Virus record (IMG/VR): IMGVR_UViG_3300021399_000100
Length of the DNA: 64,000 nucleotides
Direction: 5' to 3' (one strand)
Source: a virus
Taxonomy: Duplodnaviria; Caudoviricetes
The notes beneath the pieces were generated by a model, which did not search any database, was not told the origin of the DNA, and saw only the letters and a program-made list of their open reading frames with translations. This document shows positions 29,126-40,062 of the stretch, piece after piece. Every line of letters starts with the position of its first letter. The stretch's first letter is position 1. A program made the position numbers and the translations under genes.

Positions 29126-31912
29126 TTATTTTGGATTTGTCACAAATGTTATACCAATAGTCAGATCTAAATTATTTATGTATGACCCTACACATGCATA
29201 TATCTTAACAGAGCTACTCATAGGGGCAGATAATGTTATCAACTGCGGAGATTTAGTTGTATCAATAGGAGCTACGAATACAGTGATCGGTATATCTATA
29301 TGGCTTTCGTCAGCAAATGCTAATGTAGAACCTTCATTGAATAACAGTTTATCTGCATCCGATTTCATAATAGTTGCAAAACATATGTCCGTGCTGCCGC
29401 TCTGACGATACTTACTATGAGATGCACTATCTATAACTGTAGATATATTATTCGATGATGTAATAGGACTGCTCAGCGCTATTTTCATAGCCTGATTGTT
29501 GCCCTGTGTTGCTGTAGTACATACTTCATTATGTCTATATGTAGTTACATCTCCATCAGTTTCAGCCTCAGTATACATATACGTGTCAGTTTTAGTGACT
29601 CTAGAGAATCTGACATATTTCGACTTCGCAGATATGCGTAATGTATATTTGACTACACCTATATAATCAGTATTAGACATATCTGATGCATTAATAGTGA
29701 CGCCATTAATTTTTTTCAGCATCTCCATATATGTTATAGTGTTCACTGTATTGTTAGTTCCTTCTTGGATACTCTGTACGTTTCCGTCAGGGTCTATTAT
29801 AGTGAACTCAAAGTTATTTATATCTACAGCATTGAATGCATCATTCAATTGTTGTCCTACAGTGGCTATGTCTTTTAACTTTTCATATAATGATATAGGA
29901 GCCTGTTCTTCGGTCACCCATCCTGAAGCTATCTGATCCGCTGTATGAGCAAAATATTTTTCACCAGCAGTAAACGAATCAGCTATATGACGATAAACGC
30001 CGTTAGTAGCTAGCGTATTGTTGACAGATGCCTTGACTTGATCTGCTTGGTTGATATTTTGAAGGGCCTTTGTAGATGATCTCTCTAAAGTAGCATCCCA
30101 TGGTACTATTATATCACTGCTCCAACCAGATTTCTTAGGATTCTCCGGATAGCCTGCTTCAAATACATATCTGTAATTGATAACAGTATTATACCTAGTC
30201 TCTATAGGAATGACGATAGATGTCTGATCTATTGTATTAGGGTCCCATCGATATGTTCCTGATGTTTCATCTAGAGTACGTGCTCTGAGGTATAGCGGTG
30301 CATATTTCCATGCATTGAAAGGAACATTAGTTCCATCCAGGTCGTAATATTCTTTCTTCTGAATATCAGTATCGTTTCCGATGAATCTGTATCTAACTTC
30401 TACACCTATACATTCGAACCCCGTCGCTGCAGTAGATAGCTTCACTATACCGTGAATTTCATATTTAGATTCGAGTGCATTAGAGCTCAGCTCGTCAGAA
30501 ATATTGAAAACCAACGTATTGAATTCATTCTGCGCGTCCTCTAATGATTGTGTCACTTGAGACAATTCGTTCTGTGCAGCAGAACCTGTAGATGTTCCTG
30601 ACGATATGATGTTACGCAAGACGTTGATTCTATCTCTATAGTATTCGATAGAGTTCTCTACAGATTTCTTTTGTGACTCTAGCTGTGCAATCTTGTTATA
30701 GCTAGATGAAGATATGTCTTTAGATACATCTACAATAGAGAATGATATGTTTTTAGAATCTACCGGAGTAGATAACGATGTACTATTGAGATTAGCATCA
30801 TCCCAATCATCTCGCGTCTTATATGTATCTTTTCGGAATTTGTCAATGTATTTGCCTAGATCAAGAATATCTTTGATATCACTATCTATAGTCCCATTAA
30901 CATATATGCATTCACCTTCTTCATGTCTGTACCCTGATTTAGTTACGAGGGTAGGGTATATCCAATATTGATATCTGCTAGACACTGGAAACTTTACAAT
31001 AGCAGATTCTTTATTTTCATCAACATAAGGAAACAATCTAGAACCTACAGTAACTGGTTGATAACCATCAACATAACTTATTTTGATAAAGGATTTAGTC
31101 TTATCAATAATATCTACGCGGATTCTTGTATCATGGTACCCACTACTGTTATACAATGTCAGAATGTCTCCTTGACTGATAGGATATATAGACCCTTCTT
31201 TGCCTCTGAAAGCAATATCTGAAACGTAATATATTTTCTTATGTTCTACATTTTCATTAGCATCAACTGACTCTGTATCAACTGCGCGTAATACATAGAT
31301 ACCTCCGTACGCCGTCATATCTGTTGGCTCAGTTCTCATGACGCGAGTAAAGTTTCTGTATTCTTTGATGCTTCCATGCTCTACCATTTCATCAAAGACA
31401 TTCTTCATTGCAGAGCTTGGTATGTTATATTTTGAGCTGACACCAAGAATATCACTTCCATGATAAGCAAATACCTTGAGTTCAACAGTGTCTTCATTAT
31501 TATATAATACAACAGGGATGTCCACAGTAACATCAGTCTCCATCATATTTATAATGGAATCTGATTTCCTTCTAGTATTAGAAACTCCTGGAACTTTTGA
31601 CGTGGCCATAGGTATATCAAGCTTATTGATATATAGCTTTCTATAAGACCCGTCAGCCATTCTGACGATACTGTTTCCTGTAGCATTAGTCAACATAGAT
31701 ATAGTAGAGTCTATGCGATCAACACGAGACTTCATATATCCTAGGCAAGGAATCTCTATGTCCCTTGCTTCTCCATTCTCTAAATATATCTGTGTTTTAA
31801 CAGAAGGCTGATTAGAAAATATGGCTTCGTGTAATGCAGCATACATGCGCATATTGTTTGCAGTGACTTTCACTACATCGTTGAGAACACCACCAACACT
31901 ATTTTGAATCAT
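29126..31912 (-). CDS. Large structural (baseplate-type) protein
   Basis: 928 aa directly downstream of the tail sheath gene; beta-rich with a central coiled coil. Confidence 0.55.
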   Translation of the reverse strand: MIQNSVGGVLNDVVKVTANNMRMYAALHEAIFSNQPSVKTQIYLENGEARDIEIPCLGYMKSRVDRIDSTISMLTNATGNSIVRMADGSYRKLYINKLDIPMATSKVPGVSNTRRKSDSIINMMETDVTVDIPVVLYNNEDTVELKVFAYHGSDILGVSSKYNIPSSAMKNVFDEMVEHGSIKEYRNFTRVMRTEPTDMTAYGGIYVLRAVDTESVDANENVEHKKIYYVSDIAFRGKEGSIYPISQGDILTLYNSSGYHDTRIRVDIIDKTKSFIKISYVDGYQPVTVGSRLFPYVDENKESAIVKFPVSSRYQYWIYPTLVTKSGYRHEEGECIYVNGTIDSDIKDILDLGKYIDKFRKDTYKTRDDWDDANLNSTSLSTPVDSKNISFSIVDVSKDISSSSYNKIAQLESQKKSVENSIEYYRDRINVLRNIISSGTSTGSAAQNELSQVTQSLEDAQNEFNTLVFNISDELSSNALESKYEIHGIVKLSTAATGFECIGVEVRYRFIGNDTDIQKKEYYDLDGTNVPFNAWKYAPLYLRARTLDETSGTYRWDPNTIDQTSIVIPIETRYNTVINYRYVFEAGYPENPKKSGWSSDIIVPWDATLERSSTKALQNINQADQVKASVNNTLATNGVYRHIADSFTAGEKYFAHTADQIASGWVTEEQAPISLYEKLKDIATVGQQLNDAFNAVDINNFEFTIIDPDGNVQSIQEGTNNTVNTITYMEMLKKINGVTINASDMSNTDYIGVVKYTLRISAKSKYVRFSRVTKTDTYMYTEAETDGDVTTYRHNEVCTTATQGNNQAMKIALSSPITSSNNISTVIDSASHSKYRQSGSTDICFATIMKSDADKLLFNEGSTLAFADESHIDIPITVFVAPIDTTKSPQLITLSAPMSSSVKIYACVGSYINNLDLTIGITFVTNPK

Positions 31913-31941
31913 AACGTATCAACTTAACATATATATATTAA

Positions 31942-31973
31942 AATAGGCAGTGAGCAGAAACCCACTGCCTATT
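31942..31973 (-). terminator. Terminator after tail sheath gene
   Basis: AATAGGCAGTG...CACTGCCTATT inverted repeat. Confidence 0.7.
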
Positions 31974-31991
31974 ATATTTAACGCTTTTATA

Positions 31992-34577
31992 TTACTCTGC
32001 ATTTGCGGTAAGTGCGCCTGTAGGCAAGATATATAAACGCTGTACTAATTTTTCCATAGGTCTAGCGCCTTCGATCTTGATATCCAATACACCATAGAAG
32101 TTATCTATGATTTCGGCTGTATTGTTCGTGCCATTCATAATGACTTCGAAAGCTGTAAGGCCGCCTGAACGGTTAGGCGTAGCAGTGACACTCTTCAAGA
32201 ATGTGTTACACTTAGACACTATTTCAGTTCTAACGGCTTCAGTATTCTCTACGAATACATATGGTCTGATGATGTTCTCAATCTCATCCATAATATATAC
32301 TACGAAATCTCTGAAGCTTAATGCAGAAAGGGCAGAAACAGGCTTCTGCTTAGATGTCTTGTTACCATATACACAGATAGTATGTTGATCATCGCCTGCA
32401 TCAATAATTGCATTGATACCCATAGCTTCTAGCCATTCACGGTCTTTTGTTGAAAGGGGTACTTCTGGATTGTAACCGTTAAGGACTCCTCTCAATACAC
32501 CCGCTGCTACTGACCATGGATTGTCTTTCTGAACGAACAAATTAGACACTACACCTGCAGGAGGCAGCAGTTTTGCACCTCTTCGATTCCATGGATAGAA
32601 ATAACCAACATGAGTAGCACCGTCTTTGATATTAGGAACGGTGAATGTTTCTGATGTAGCTAGAGCTTTATAATTGATGCTTCCGAACTCATCAGTAAAC
32701 TCTTCTATCTTAGACAGAGCTAATGCAGATGGAGCGTTGAGCAAGCCGGTAGCATGTTGTGCCATACATATTTTAGCAAATATAGACTTAGAACTTGGTT
32801 CAATACCATAGCCCCAGCAATCTACTAAATATCTAAATGATACTACCATACGATCAGTGATGGCCTTCCACATATTAGTATGACCCCATACCATCTCCTC
32901 AGCGGGAGGTAAGAATTTACCAGTAGTAGCATCTCGTTCTGCTACAGCATACTTCAATGGAGCTTCGTCAGAGTCTCTGAGAGTGTTGAGAATGGCTTTG
33001 TAGTTATCTGGGTATTGTGCGCAAGGTTCTGCACCTACTGGAATCTTGTCCATATGAACTGTTTCCAAGATTCTCTTCTTTGCAGGAGTTCCTTTTTCAC
33101 AATAAGGCTTAGTATAACCTACGATGTTAGTAGTCGCTGCTAGATTTCTCAAGAAGGTATCTATTGAGATATCTACACCTGAAGCGTTAACCAATCCAGG
33201 AACAGATGCACCTGTGTATGTAATGACACCGCTCATACCATTGCAGTCGAACAAAGCATCGTCCTCACGGATAAACTGCAATGTGTTACCATGCTCACCA
33301 AGGCCCCATGCTTTCTTCAATGCAATCATGTCATTAGACAATGTGCGAACATCATTAAATATGACTAACGTAAACATAAAGTCTGAAAGTGTATAATCAG
33401 CAGCATCATATCCCTTTTCATCGAGGTATTCCTGCAACTCAAATGGGATGTCACCTCCATAATAATCCGATATAGGAATATTATATGCTAGCATTGTAGA
33501 GGTGTCACTAGGGGTCTTGTACACATATGCACGAATGTCGTTACCTGATGCATTCGCAAGAAATACGAACTCATCACCTGTAAATGCAGGATCGTCAGGA
33601 TTTAGTTTGAGTTCTTCGTCATTAGTATCAGTCAGAATACGATTACCGATGATGCCGCCGTTCTCAAGCAAGTCTGGCAAGCTGATCTGTATCAAAACAT
33701 CTTCAGCGTCTGTTGTCGGTTCATATGTTATATCAATAGTTTCGTTCTGCTCACCTATGCTTACTGAAACCATGCCAGGAATCTCCGGAGTGTCTGTCCG
33801 ATAAGTTACTCCTTTAGAATATACTTCTGCAGGGTACAACAAAATGTCAATAGCAGGAGTATTAGTATCCAGGACATACTCTGCATCTTCACCTACTACG
33901 GTATCATCTGCTTTCTTATATCTCAGCAAGCATGCTCTACCTATAGGTTGTTCATCCTTGATATAGTACATATAAGGACAGTTGTGATTGATATCCTCAG
34001 AGAATACCAAGACATTGTGATAAGTTACTGTATCATACAAGCCTGGATCGTTGATCACTGGCCATACTACTGGGCTGGTACCACCCTTATCCTCAAAGTC
34101 ACAAAGAAGCGACGATTCTTCCTGATCAATTATATTAGGATCTTCCCATGAATCACGAAGACGGTCTGGCCAAGGTTCATACCATAGAGCAGTTGAGAAC
34201 ACACCTTTAATTAACGAGGTGAAAGGGCGAGCCTTCTTTGTACCTATAGCATAACCATTGATTATTTTGTCTGCTTCTGCATAGGAATGTAGATTGAGTG
34301 CAATGATTGGACCTGCTTTCAACATGTCGATAGCAGTTCTATGGAAGAAACAACCATTTGCTTCTAGCTTAGGATCAATGTTACCAAATATAGATACAAA
34401 TTGATCGGAATCAACAATCTTAAATGGTTTATTAAAAGGGCCCTTATAAGAAAAGCCTGGAACAATACGGCCTCTTGAATAGGTGCTCTCGTATGTAGGC
34501 TGCATAGTAGACAAATCAAATTCGCGGCGGTACGTACCTGCTGATTTGATACTAACTAAATCTTGAGATATTGCCAT
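31992..34577 (-). CDS. Contractile tail sheath protein (T4 gp18-like)
   Basis: SAGTYRREFDLS, GFSYKGPFNKP, FVSIFG; C-terminal PWSVAAGVLRG, DREWLEAMGINAI, YGNKT, SALSALSFR. Confidence 0.92.
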   Translation of the reverse strand: MAISQDLVSIKSAGTYRREFDLSTMQPTYESTYSRGRIVPGFSYKGPFNKPFKIVDSDQFVSIFGNIDPKLEANGCFFHRTAIDMLKAGPIIALNLHSYAEADKIINGYAIGTKKARPFTSLIKGVFSTALWYEPWPDRLRDSWEDPNIIDQEESSLLCDFEDKGGTSPVVWPVINDPGLYDTVTYHNVLVFSEDINHNCPYMYYIKDEQPIGRACLLRYKKADDTVVGEDAEYVLDTNTPAIDILLYPAEVYSKGVTYRTDTPEIPGMVSVSIGEQNETIDITYEPTTDAEDVLIQISLPDLLENGGIIGNRILTDTNDEELKLNPDDPAFTGDEFVFLANASGNDIRAYVYKTPSDTSTMLAYNIPISDYYGGDIPFELQEYLDEKGYDAADYTLSDFMFTLVIFNDVRTLSNDMIALKKAWGLGEHGNTLQFIREDDALFDCNGMSGVITYTGASVPGLVNASGVDISIDTFLRNLAATTNIVGYTKPYCEKGTPAKKRILETVHMDKIPVGAEPCAQYPDNYKAILNTLRDSDEAPLKYAVAERDATTGKFLPPAEEMVWGHTNMWKAITDRMVVSFRYLVDCWGYGIEPSSKSIFAKICMAQHATGLLNAPSALALSKIEEFTDEFGSINYKALATSETFTVPNIKDGATHVGYFYPWNRRGAKLLPPAGVVSNLFVQKDNPWSVAAGVLRGVLNGYNPEVPLSTKDREWLEAMGINAIIDAGDDQHTICVYGNKTSKQKPVSALSALSFRDFVVYIMDEIENIIRPYVFVENTEAVRTEIVSKCNTFLKSVTATPNRSGGLTAFEVIMNGTNNTAEIIDNFYGVLDIKIEGARPMEKLVQRLYILPTGALTANAE

Positions 34578-34654
34578 AATTACATTATTTCGACGAATAT
34601 ATATCTATTTACTTGTGTAAAGTAAACATGATATTTAATATGTTAATATGCTAA

Positions 34655-34760
34655 CAAAAATAAGGGGAGATTCTCACGAACGTCCCCTTAAAATCTTTTA
34701 GTTTACGAAAATCTATTGAATAATTAAATTTAGCTGTTTTCTCTCTATAAATATAATCAC
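34655..34760 (-). ncRNA. Candidate small RNA (unit A)
   Basis: GTGATTATA (34752-34760, minus) lies downstream of the nrdD terminator, followed by about 60 nt without ATG and a GNRA-loop terminator at 34661-34690 plus U tract. Confidence 0.45.
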
Positions 34761-34868
34761 ACGTATTTCACAGATGTACCATCATTTGTATTATTTTTCG
34801 ATGGATTCTAAAAAAAATAGAGGAGTCGTGTAACTCCTCTATTCCTATGTACTTATATCTATTAGATA

Positions 34869-36797
34869 TTACATACATTTTCTTCTTGCGAACTCTGCGA
34901 TCTTTGCATCGTGGAATCTAGGACGTCCGTCAAATCCTGTACGGTATCCTAAATAACCATTCATTCTTCGGATCTGCAAGATATGTTTAGAACCACATTT
35001 AGGACAGACAGAATCTGCAGGGTTATCTGGGCCAACGAATCTGTGACCACAATCCAAGCAATAGTCTGCACTATGATTCAGTCCATGATATAGGCCATTT
35101 CTCATAGCTTCTTCGATAAGGGCTATACCTGCAGAGATATTAGACGTTGTCTGCAAACGGCTATAAGTGATATGTCCACCACCAGATCTGTGGAAATTAG
35201 CAATCTCAAGATTCATCTTAGAGATAGGGTCTATATCTGTATCTACAGCAACGTGGAATGAATTGGTCCAGTAACCATTCTTACTATATTCGTCTTCACC
35301 GAACATTTCTTTGTATTTATCTACTGCAGTAGATAGCCAAGACTCGCCTGGAGTTCCATACAGAGCATATAAGATATGGTCTTCTGCTTTATATCTTGCA
35401 ATATTAGCATTGAGCAGTTCAAGAATCTCTTTAGCGATAACTGCACGGTTCTCTACTAGAGTCTGATTAGCAATCATCATAGTTGCTTCGTTGAGACCTC
35501 CGTATCCGAACGATATAGTCGCACGTTTCACCATATTCTCTCCAACGACGCCATTCTTCCAGTCAGGGTCTCCATCGAAACCCCCGAATCTAAAAGCAAG
35601 AGGCGCTGTGTCAATAGGAAGATGCTTAACAAACTCAACAGTGTCTCGATGTGCTTCACGAGCTAGATCTTGATAGTATGTGATTCTTTCTTTCCAGTCA
35701 TATCCTTTAGTAAAGGCTTCTTTGATTATCATAGGAATATTCAATGAGATAACACCCATGTTGAATCGGTATATAGACAATTCATCATCGTCGCCAGCAG
35801 GCTCAAACCCACCCTTTTCCCAATATGGACTCAAGAATGCACGACATCCCATAGGTGAGATAATCTTGCCCCACTTCTGATAAAGTTCCCCTGTCGCGCC
35901 GTGATTCAATGACAGGAAGTCAGGATACTGGGTATTTACTGAACATTCTGCTGCCTTTAAGAATACGTCATGACATTCTTTGCCTTCACCATGAATATTT
36001 TCATCATATAAAAATACAAGTTTAGGGAAAATAGCAGGAATCTTCTTACCGACGGGGCCGTTACCTTTCAATCTTTGATTAAGGATACCCATAGATACTC
36101 TCTTTGCGAACATTGAAGTACCTGCACCGAATGTTATAACGATGAAAGGATAATCACCGCGGAACGATGACACAGTATTAACAGAGCATTCTAATGCTTG
36201 GAACGATTGCTCCAACTCTTTGTCCACACGTTTTAATGATGCTTCTCTTGCGACTTCTACAGAGACGCCAAGATCCATATATTCTTTGACATATTTATTA
36301 TATGACATTTCGACATATGGAGCAAGAGCAGTATCTATTTCAGGCAGTGTCAAACCGCCGAATTGGCCGCCAGACTGTATTTGAGTAATCTCACGCATGT
36401 TACCGATGGCGGCTGTTATGCCATGAGGTTGGGTGATAGGCATGTTATTGAAAGTGTACCCGTGTTCCAACAGATGCGATATGTTTAGGATACAACAATT
36501 GTAAGTCAACGATTTTGAGGCTAGATCATGAGGATACAGGAAACCCTGTTTAATAGCCTGGGCAAGTTCATCCTTTTCATCGCACAGCAAGTGATTGGAG
36601 ATAGGAGCCATAACAGCGTCAGATACAGACATTCTCCATGTCTGCAGATTTTTCAACTTGTCACTATTAGCATTAGATCTATCGTCAATATTGGCTATGC
36701 AATGTTTGACGCTATCTATAATATTGTCCTTTACCTCATCAATAACTGCGCGGATACCCTGAGGATCCCCTTCTCTGGAAAATTTACTTAATTTCAT
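34869..36797 (-). CDS. nrdD: Anaerobic (class III) ribonucleoside-triphosphate reductase
   Basis: YNCC, SPMGCRAFL, GGHITY, Zn ribbon CLDC...CPKC and glycyl-radical motif RRMNGYLG. No obvious N-terminal ATP cone. Confidence 0.95.
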   Translation of the reverse strand: MKLSKFSREGDPQGIRAVIDEVKDNIIDSVKHCIANIDDRSNANSDKLKNLQTWRMSVSDAVMAPISNHLLCDEKDELAQAIKQGFLYPHDLASKSLTYNCCILNISHLLEHGYTFNNMPITQPHGITAAIGNMREITQIQSGGQFGGLTLPEIDTALAPYVEMSYNKYVKEYMDLGVSVEVAREASLKRVDKELEQSFQALECSVNTVSSFRGDYPFIVITFGAGTSMFAKRVSMGILNQRLKGNGPVGKKIPAIFPKLVFLYDENIHGEGKECHDVFLKAAECSVNTQYPDFLSLNHGATGELYQKWGKIISPMGCRAFLSPYWEKGGFEPAGDDDELSIYRFNMGVISLNIPMIIKEAFTKGYDWKERITYYQDLAREAHRDTVEFVKHLPIDTAPLAFRFGGFDGDPDWKNGVVGENMVKRATISFGYGGLNEATMMIANQTLVENRAVIAKEILELLNANIARYKAEDHILYALYGTPGESWLSTAVDKYKEMFGEDEYSKNGYWTNSFHVAVDTDIDPISKMNLEIANFHRSGGGHITYSRLQTTSNISAGIALIEEAMRNGLYHGLNHSADYCLDCGHRFVGPDNPADSVCPKCGSKHILQIRRMNGYLGYRTGFDGRPRFHDAKIAEFARRKCM

Positions 36798-36819
36798 TGT
36801 TTTTTAATAACTAGTATAT

Positions 36820-37635
36820 TTAACTCAACGTCGAAAGAATACTATCTACTATGAAGTATGACATGAAGTATGCGTCCACGATATCATCCATCGGTTTATA
36901 GTCTTTAGTGGCCACTGTAGAGACTAATTCCCTGAAGGCATCATTAGGGCCCTTTCTGGTGAATGCTTCACACATTTCTTCCTTAGTAGCAGTACCTCTG
37001 CCAGTTGCATGCTTCTTGACACTTGTGGGAGGAAGCATATAGGTATTATTTACGGCTACACCTACAGTCTCCAATTGATTTGGGACATCTCTAATGAAGG
37101 CGCATCCTGCTATTAAATCTACAGAAGAAGAGCCCGAAGCCACATACGCCGGCGCTTCTATAGCCATAACTACTTGATTACTATCGCAATATGAACAGAA
37201 TCTAGATATAACCTGAATAATGCATTCTGCAACAGATTTCATGTTACAAAAACGGTTCAGATCATTTTCTGCCATCATTTTATAAACATTCAGATCTTCC
37301 TTATGCGCATCATCTAGAACAGATTCAAGCTTTTCTATAGAAGAACCTTCATGTAGTATATCTTTAATAGCAGCGCATATGTCGTTCGCCTGCTTCTTTA
37401 TATTTGCGTCGTTTTTTATCTTTGCATGTTTAACTTTAGTTCGGTCAACATTATCTGCAAAGATATGGACAATTACCCCGCATTCTTTCAGCTCATCGAT
37501 GACTTTCTGTCTCTTACGGGGAAGCTTGCCATCATGAGTTACGAAGAATGAGTGATATTCATACGACAATGTCTCTGAGTCAAACAGAAACATTGCCGTT
37601 GATTCTAATGAGGGGTCTATACCTATGTATATCAT
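36820..37635 (-). CDS. RuvC-like Holliday junction resolvase
   Basis: IGIDPS, MAIEAPAY, PTSVKKHATGRGTATKEEM and DDIVDAY catalytic motifs, with a helical insertion. Confidence 0.85.
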   Translation of the reverse strand: MIYIGIDPSLESTAMFLFDSETLSYEYHSFFVTHDGKLPRKRQKVIDELKECGVIVHIFADNVDRTKVKHAKIKNDANIKKQANDICAAIKDILHEGSSIEKLESVLDDAHKEDLNVYKMMAENDLNRFCNMKSVAECIIQVISRFCSYCDSNQVVMAIEAPAYVASGSSSVDLIAGCAFIRDVPNQLETVGVAVNNTYMLPPTSVKKHATGRGTATKEEMCEAFTRKGPNDAFRELVSTVATKDYKPMDDIVDAYFMSYFIVDSILSTLS

Positions 37636-38498
37636 ATCTGACGTTTTATAGGAAGAATGTATCGCTCATCGTCGATATCGTAATAGATGAGAGAGTTATT
37701 CACTTTAAAAGTACCTACAGGCTTGTTGAAAGGAAGTATAGCAATACTTTCAGGCGAAACTATACTGATCACTGTTGAGCCGTCTCTTTTAGAGCCTTCT
37801 GCATCAATCTTCATAGTATTGATCGTAGGCACGTTGTCGATAGCTGATAGGTTCTTGCTAGATACAGCCTCTGACAACATTTCTTTGGTAGAGTCACTTA
37901 AACTATTGTACACACGAATCTCTACTGGTTGGTCAGGATGCGCTACGATTATGTACGCATCAATTGATCTGCTCATCTTATTTAATGTACTAATTGACCA
38001 CATTGCATCTGGAGTCATAGGGAATGCATAAGATGCTGGCTGGCTAAGAACGGCATCTTTAACCTCATTCCATATGCTTGCTGCATTAGAAGAGATGGCC
38101 TCAAACTTAAAAGTACCAGCAGCAGGATCTCTTACTTCCATACGGACCGCATTCATATGTTCATCCTCTGGATAGCTTCCTATCACGAAGGCAATAGTGA
38201 TATGGTCTTCCCCTTCAGGGATACGCATACATGCGACAGCATCGCTAGGATAGGCGAGACGCATAACGATATCAGACCATTCCTCCGCTGCTCCAGTAGG
38301 AACTCCATTAATACATTCTTTGGTTAGTTGAATGACTGTGTGGTGTGCTCCTACCTTTTTCTTCAGAGGACACGTTATCTTCATAGTATCCTTTATAATG
38401 TTAAGGGAAATTTTCGCGTAGCTCGTGTTACTGAAAGCATCTTTCAGTGCGTCCAGCTTCTGTCTGTCGATATCGACAGTAACAACGTCTTTACTCAT
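37632..38498 (-). CDS. Probable DNA sliding clamp (gp45/PCNA-like)
   Basis: 288 aa with two repeats of a helix-then-beta-strand pattern; first gene after a GTGATTATA promoter in a replication operon. Fold inferred by eye. Confidence 0.4.
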   Translation of the reverse strand: MSKDVVTVDIDRQKLDALKDAFSNTSYAKISLNIIKDTMKITCPLKKKVGAHHTVIQLTKECINGVPTGAAEEWSDIVMRLAYPSDAVACMRIPEGEDHITIAFVIGSYPEDEHMNAVRMEVRDPAAGTFKFEAISSNAASIWNEVKDAVLSQPASYAFPMTPDAMWSISTLNKMSRSIDAYIIVAHPDQPVEIRVYNSLSDSTKEMLSEAVSSKNLSAIDNVPTINTMKIDAEGSKRDGSTVISIVSPESIAILPFNKPVGTFKVNNSLIYYDIDDERYILPIKRQI

Positions 38499-38550
38499 GT
38501 TGATTTGTTTTTGTAAATTTATAATATATAATATATAATCACATCAAAGC

Positions 38551-39723
38551 ATGAGATATCTCAGTAAAACGTATTTGGGAGACGCAGCGTCAGTCCCTGC
38601 CACGCCATTAGACACTATGTGGTATAATGGGTCAGCCTTCGGTATACGCTCCTCTGCATTAAGTGATACACTTTATGCGGTATGGGGATATGATGTAGAT
38701 TATGTGAGTGTAGACGATGCCGATTTTTATGCATGGTCTAATCAGCCGACGAATCTGCTAGGTACAGGCGTCAGCCGTACACTATGGCATTCCAACAGCA
38801 TGAATGGAACAGAGGGCCTATGGAGAGATACTAACTATTTCTTCGGCCTGACTCATGAAACCTTGCAAAATAATGATCTGAATATTATTCATGCATATCA
38901 CAGATATAGCTCTATCGATGACATTATACAGTGTGCAGATAATGAAGGTGAATACTCTTCGTCGATAATATTATGGATGTGGGATGTCAGACATTATGAC
39001 CCCTTCAAAACTACTTATTCTACCTTGCGTCCCGACCACTCATGGGAATATGCCGCTTACCATTACATATATGATAGCGGGAACGTCAGACCTCAATGGA
39101 AAGCCCATACGAACATATATGATTCTATAGAGGCCTTCAGCATATATACGTTAGAAACAGGGCACCCTGATAGTGGAGAATATGATCATGACAAATATAT
39201 AAACTCCAGTATTCATTATCTCATGGGTACTGTGGATAGATCATTCAATGGTTATTATACATCAAGTGATGTAGGTAGGGATGATATCGAGTGGGGAGAA
39301 GGAATGTCTTTATCATGGAAGACCTACGAGAATGCTGTCACTACTGATTCTCTCAGGCCAGAAAATTCGATGCTATACTTGATTAGGTCAAGCAGAGATA
39401 ATATAGATAGAGAAAATGTACATGAGTACAGATATATATTTTCATATCTGGGGTATCCAGGAGGAGGAAAGAATTGCTCGTCTCTAGTATCTGCCCGATT
39501 CATATATGGCCATGATAATGACAGCAGCATAAATGATGACACGTTCTTATACAGTCATGAAGTGTTTAGAGCTTTCAATATACAGCAGGAATATGGTGTA
39601 GTTGATCAGGGCAGTGAAGATAATATGCAGAAATTCATATCTAATGAAGATATGAATGAGTTCAATAGTCATAGTGATTTTGTGGACAGCAGTACTGAAT
39701 GGTACCAGTTCATTATCATCTAA
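38551..39723 (+). CDS. Hypothetical protein (aromatic/Asp-rich)
   Basis: 390-aa ORF opposite in orientation to its neighbours, followed by a hairpin at 39733-39776. Confidence 0.65.
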   Translation: MRYLSKTYLGDAASVPATPLDTMWYNGSAFGIRSSALSDTLYAVWGYDVDYVSVDDADFYAWSNQPTNLLGTGVSRTLWHSNSMNGTEGLWRDTNYFFGLTHETLQNNDLNIIHAYHRYSSIDDIIQCADNEGEYSSSIILWMWDVRHYDPFKTTYSTLRPDHSWEYAAYHYIYDSGNVRPQWKAHTNIYDSIEAFSIYTLETGHPDSGEYDHDKYINSSIHYLMGTVDRSFNGYYTSSDVGRDDIEWGEGMSLSWKTYENAVTTDSLRPENSMLYLIRSSRDNIDRENVHEYRYIFSYLGYPGGGKNCSSLVSARFIYGHDNDSSINDDTFLYSHEVFRAFNIQQEYGVVDQGSEDNMQKFISNEDMNEFNSHSDFVDSSTEWYQFIII

Positions 39724-39806
39724 GCACAAAACGAGGCATGCTGTATTATATCAATCACCTGATACAGCATGCCTTGTTTAGTTATATAGTTATATCATCA
39801 ATTATT

Positions 39807-40058
39807 TTATTGTACACTCTTGTCAACCTGCGTCCGCATAAATGAGATTTCCGCTCTCATTTTCTCAGTCTCATTCGTGTAAAATATAATATCACGTGAT
39901 ATAGTTGATATATCTTTATTCAACGAGTCACACTCAACTCTCAATTGTTCTATTTTATGCTTGTTTTCCTGCGATTTAAGCGCATATCTTATCGGAGTAG
40001 ATAAAATGGCTAGTAGAAGAAAAATCTTCGTAATAACCTCAAAATTTAATTGTTTCAT
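39807..40058 (-). CDS. Small membrane-anchored coiled-coil protein
   Basis: Hydrophobic KIFLLLAILSTPI followed by a coiled coil. Confidence 0.6.
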   Translation of the reverse strand: MKQLNFEVITKIFLLLAILSTPIRYALKSQENKHKIEQLRVECDSLNKDISTISRDIIFYTNETEKMRAEISFMRTQVDKSVQ

Positions 40059-40062
40059 GTTT

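Noticed and set aside
36820-37635. Cas12/TnpB or IS-type RuvC effector
   Set aside because: Short, contiguous RuvC resolvase motifs in a replication operon, with no Zn ribbon, guide locus or IS ends.
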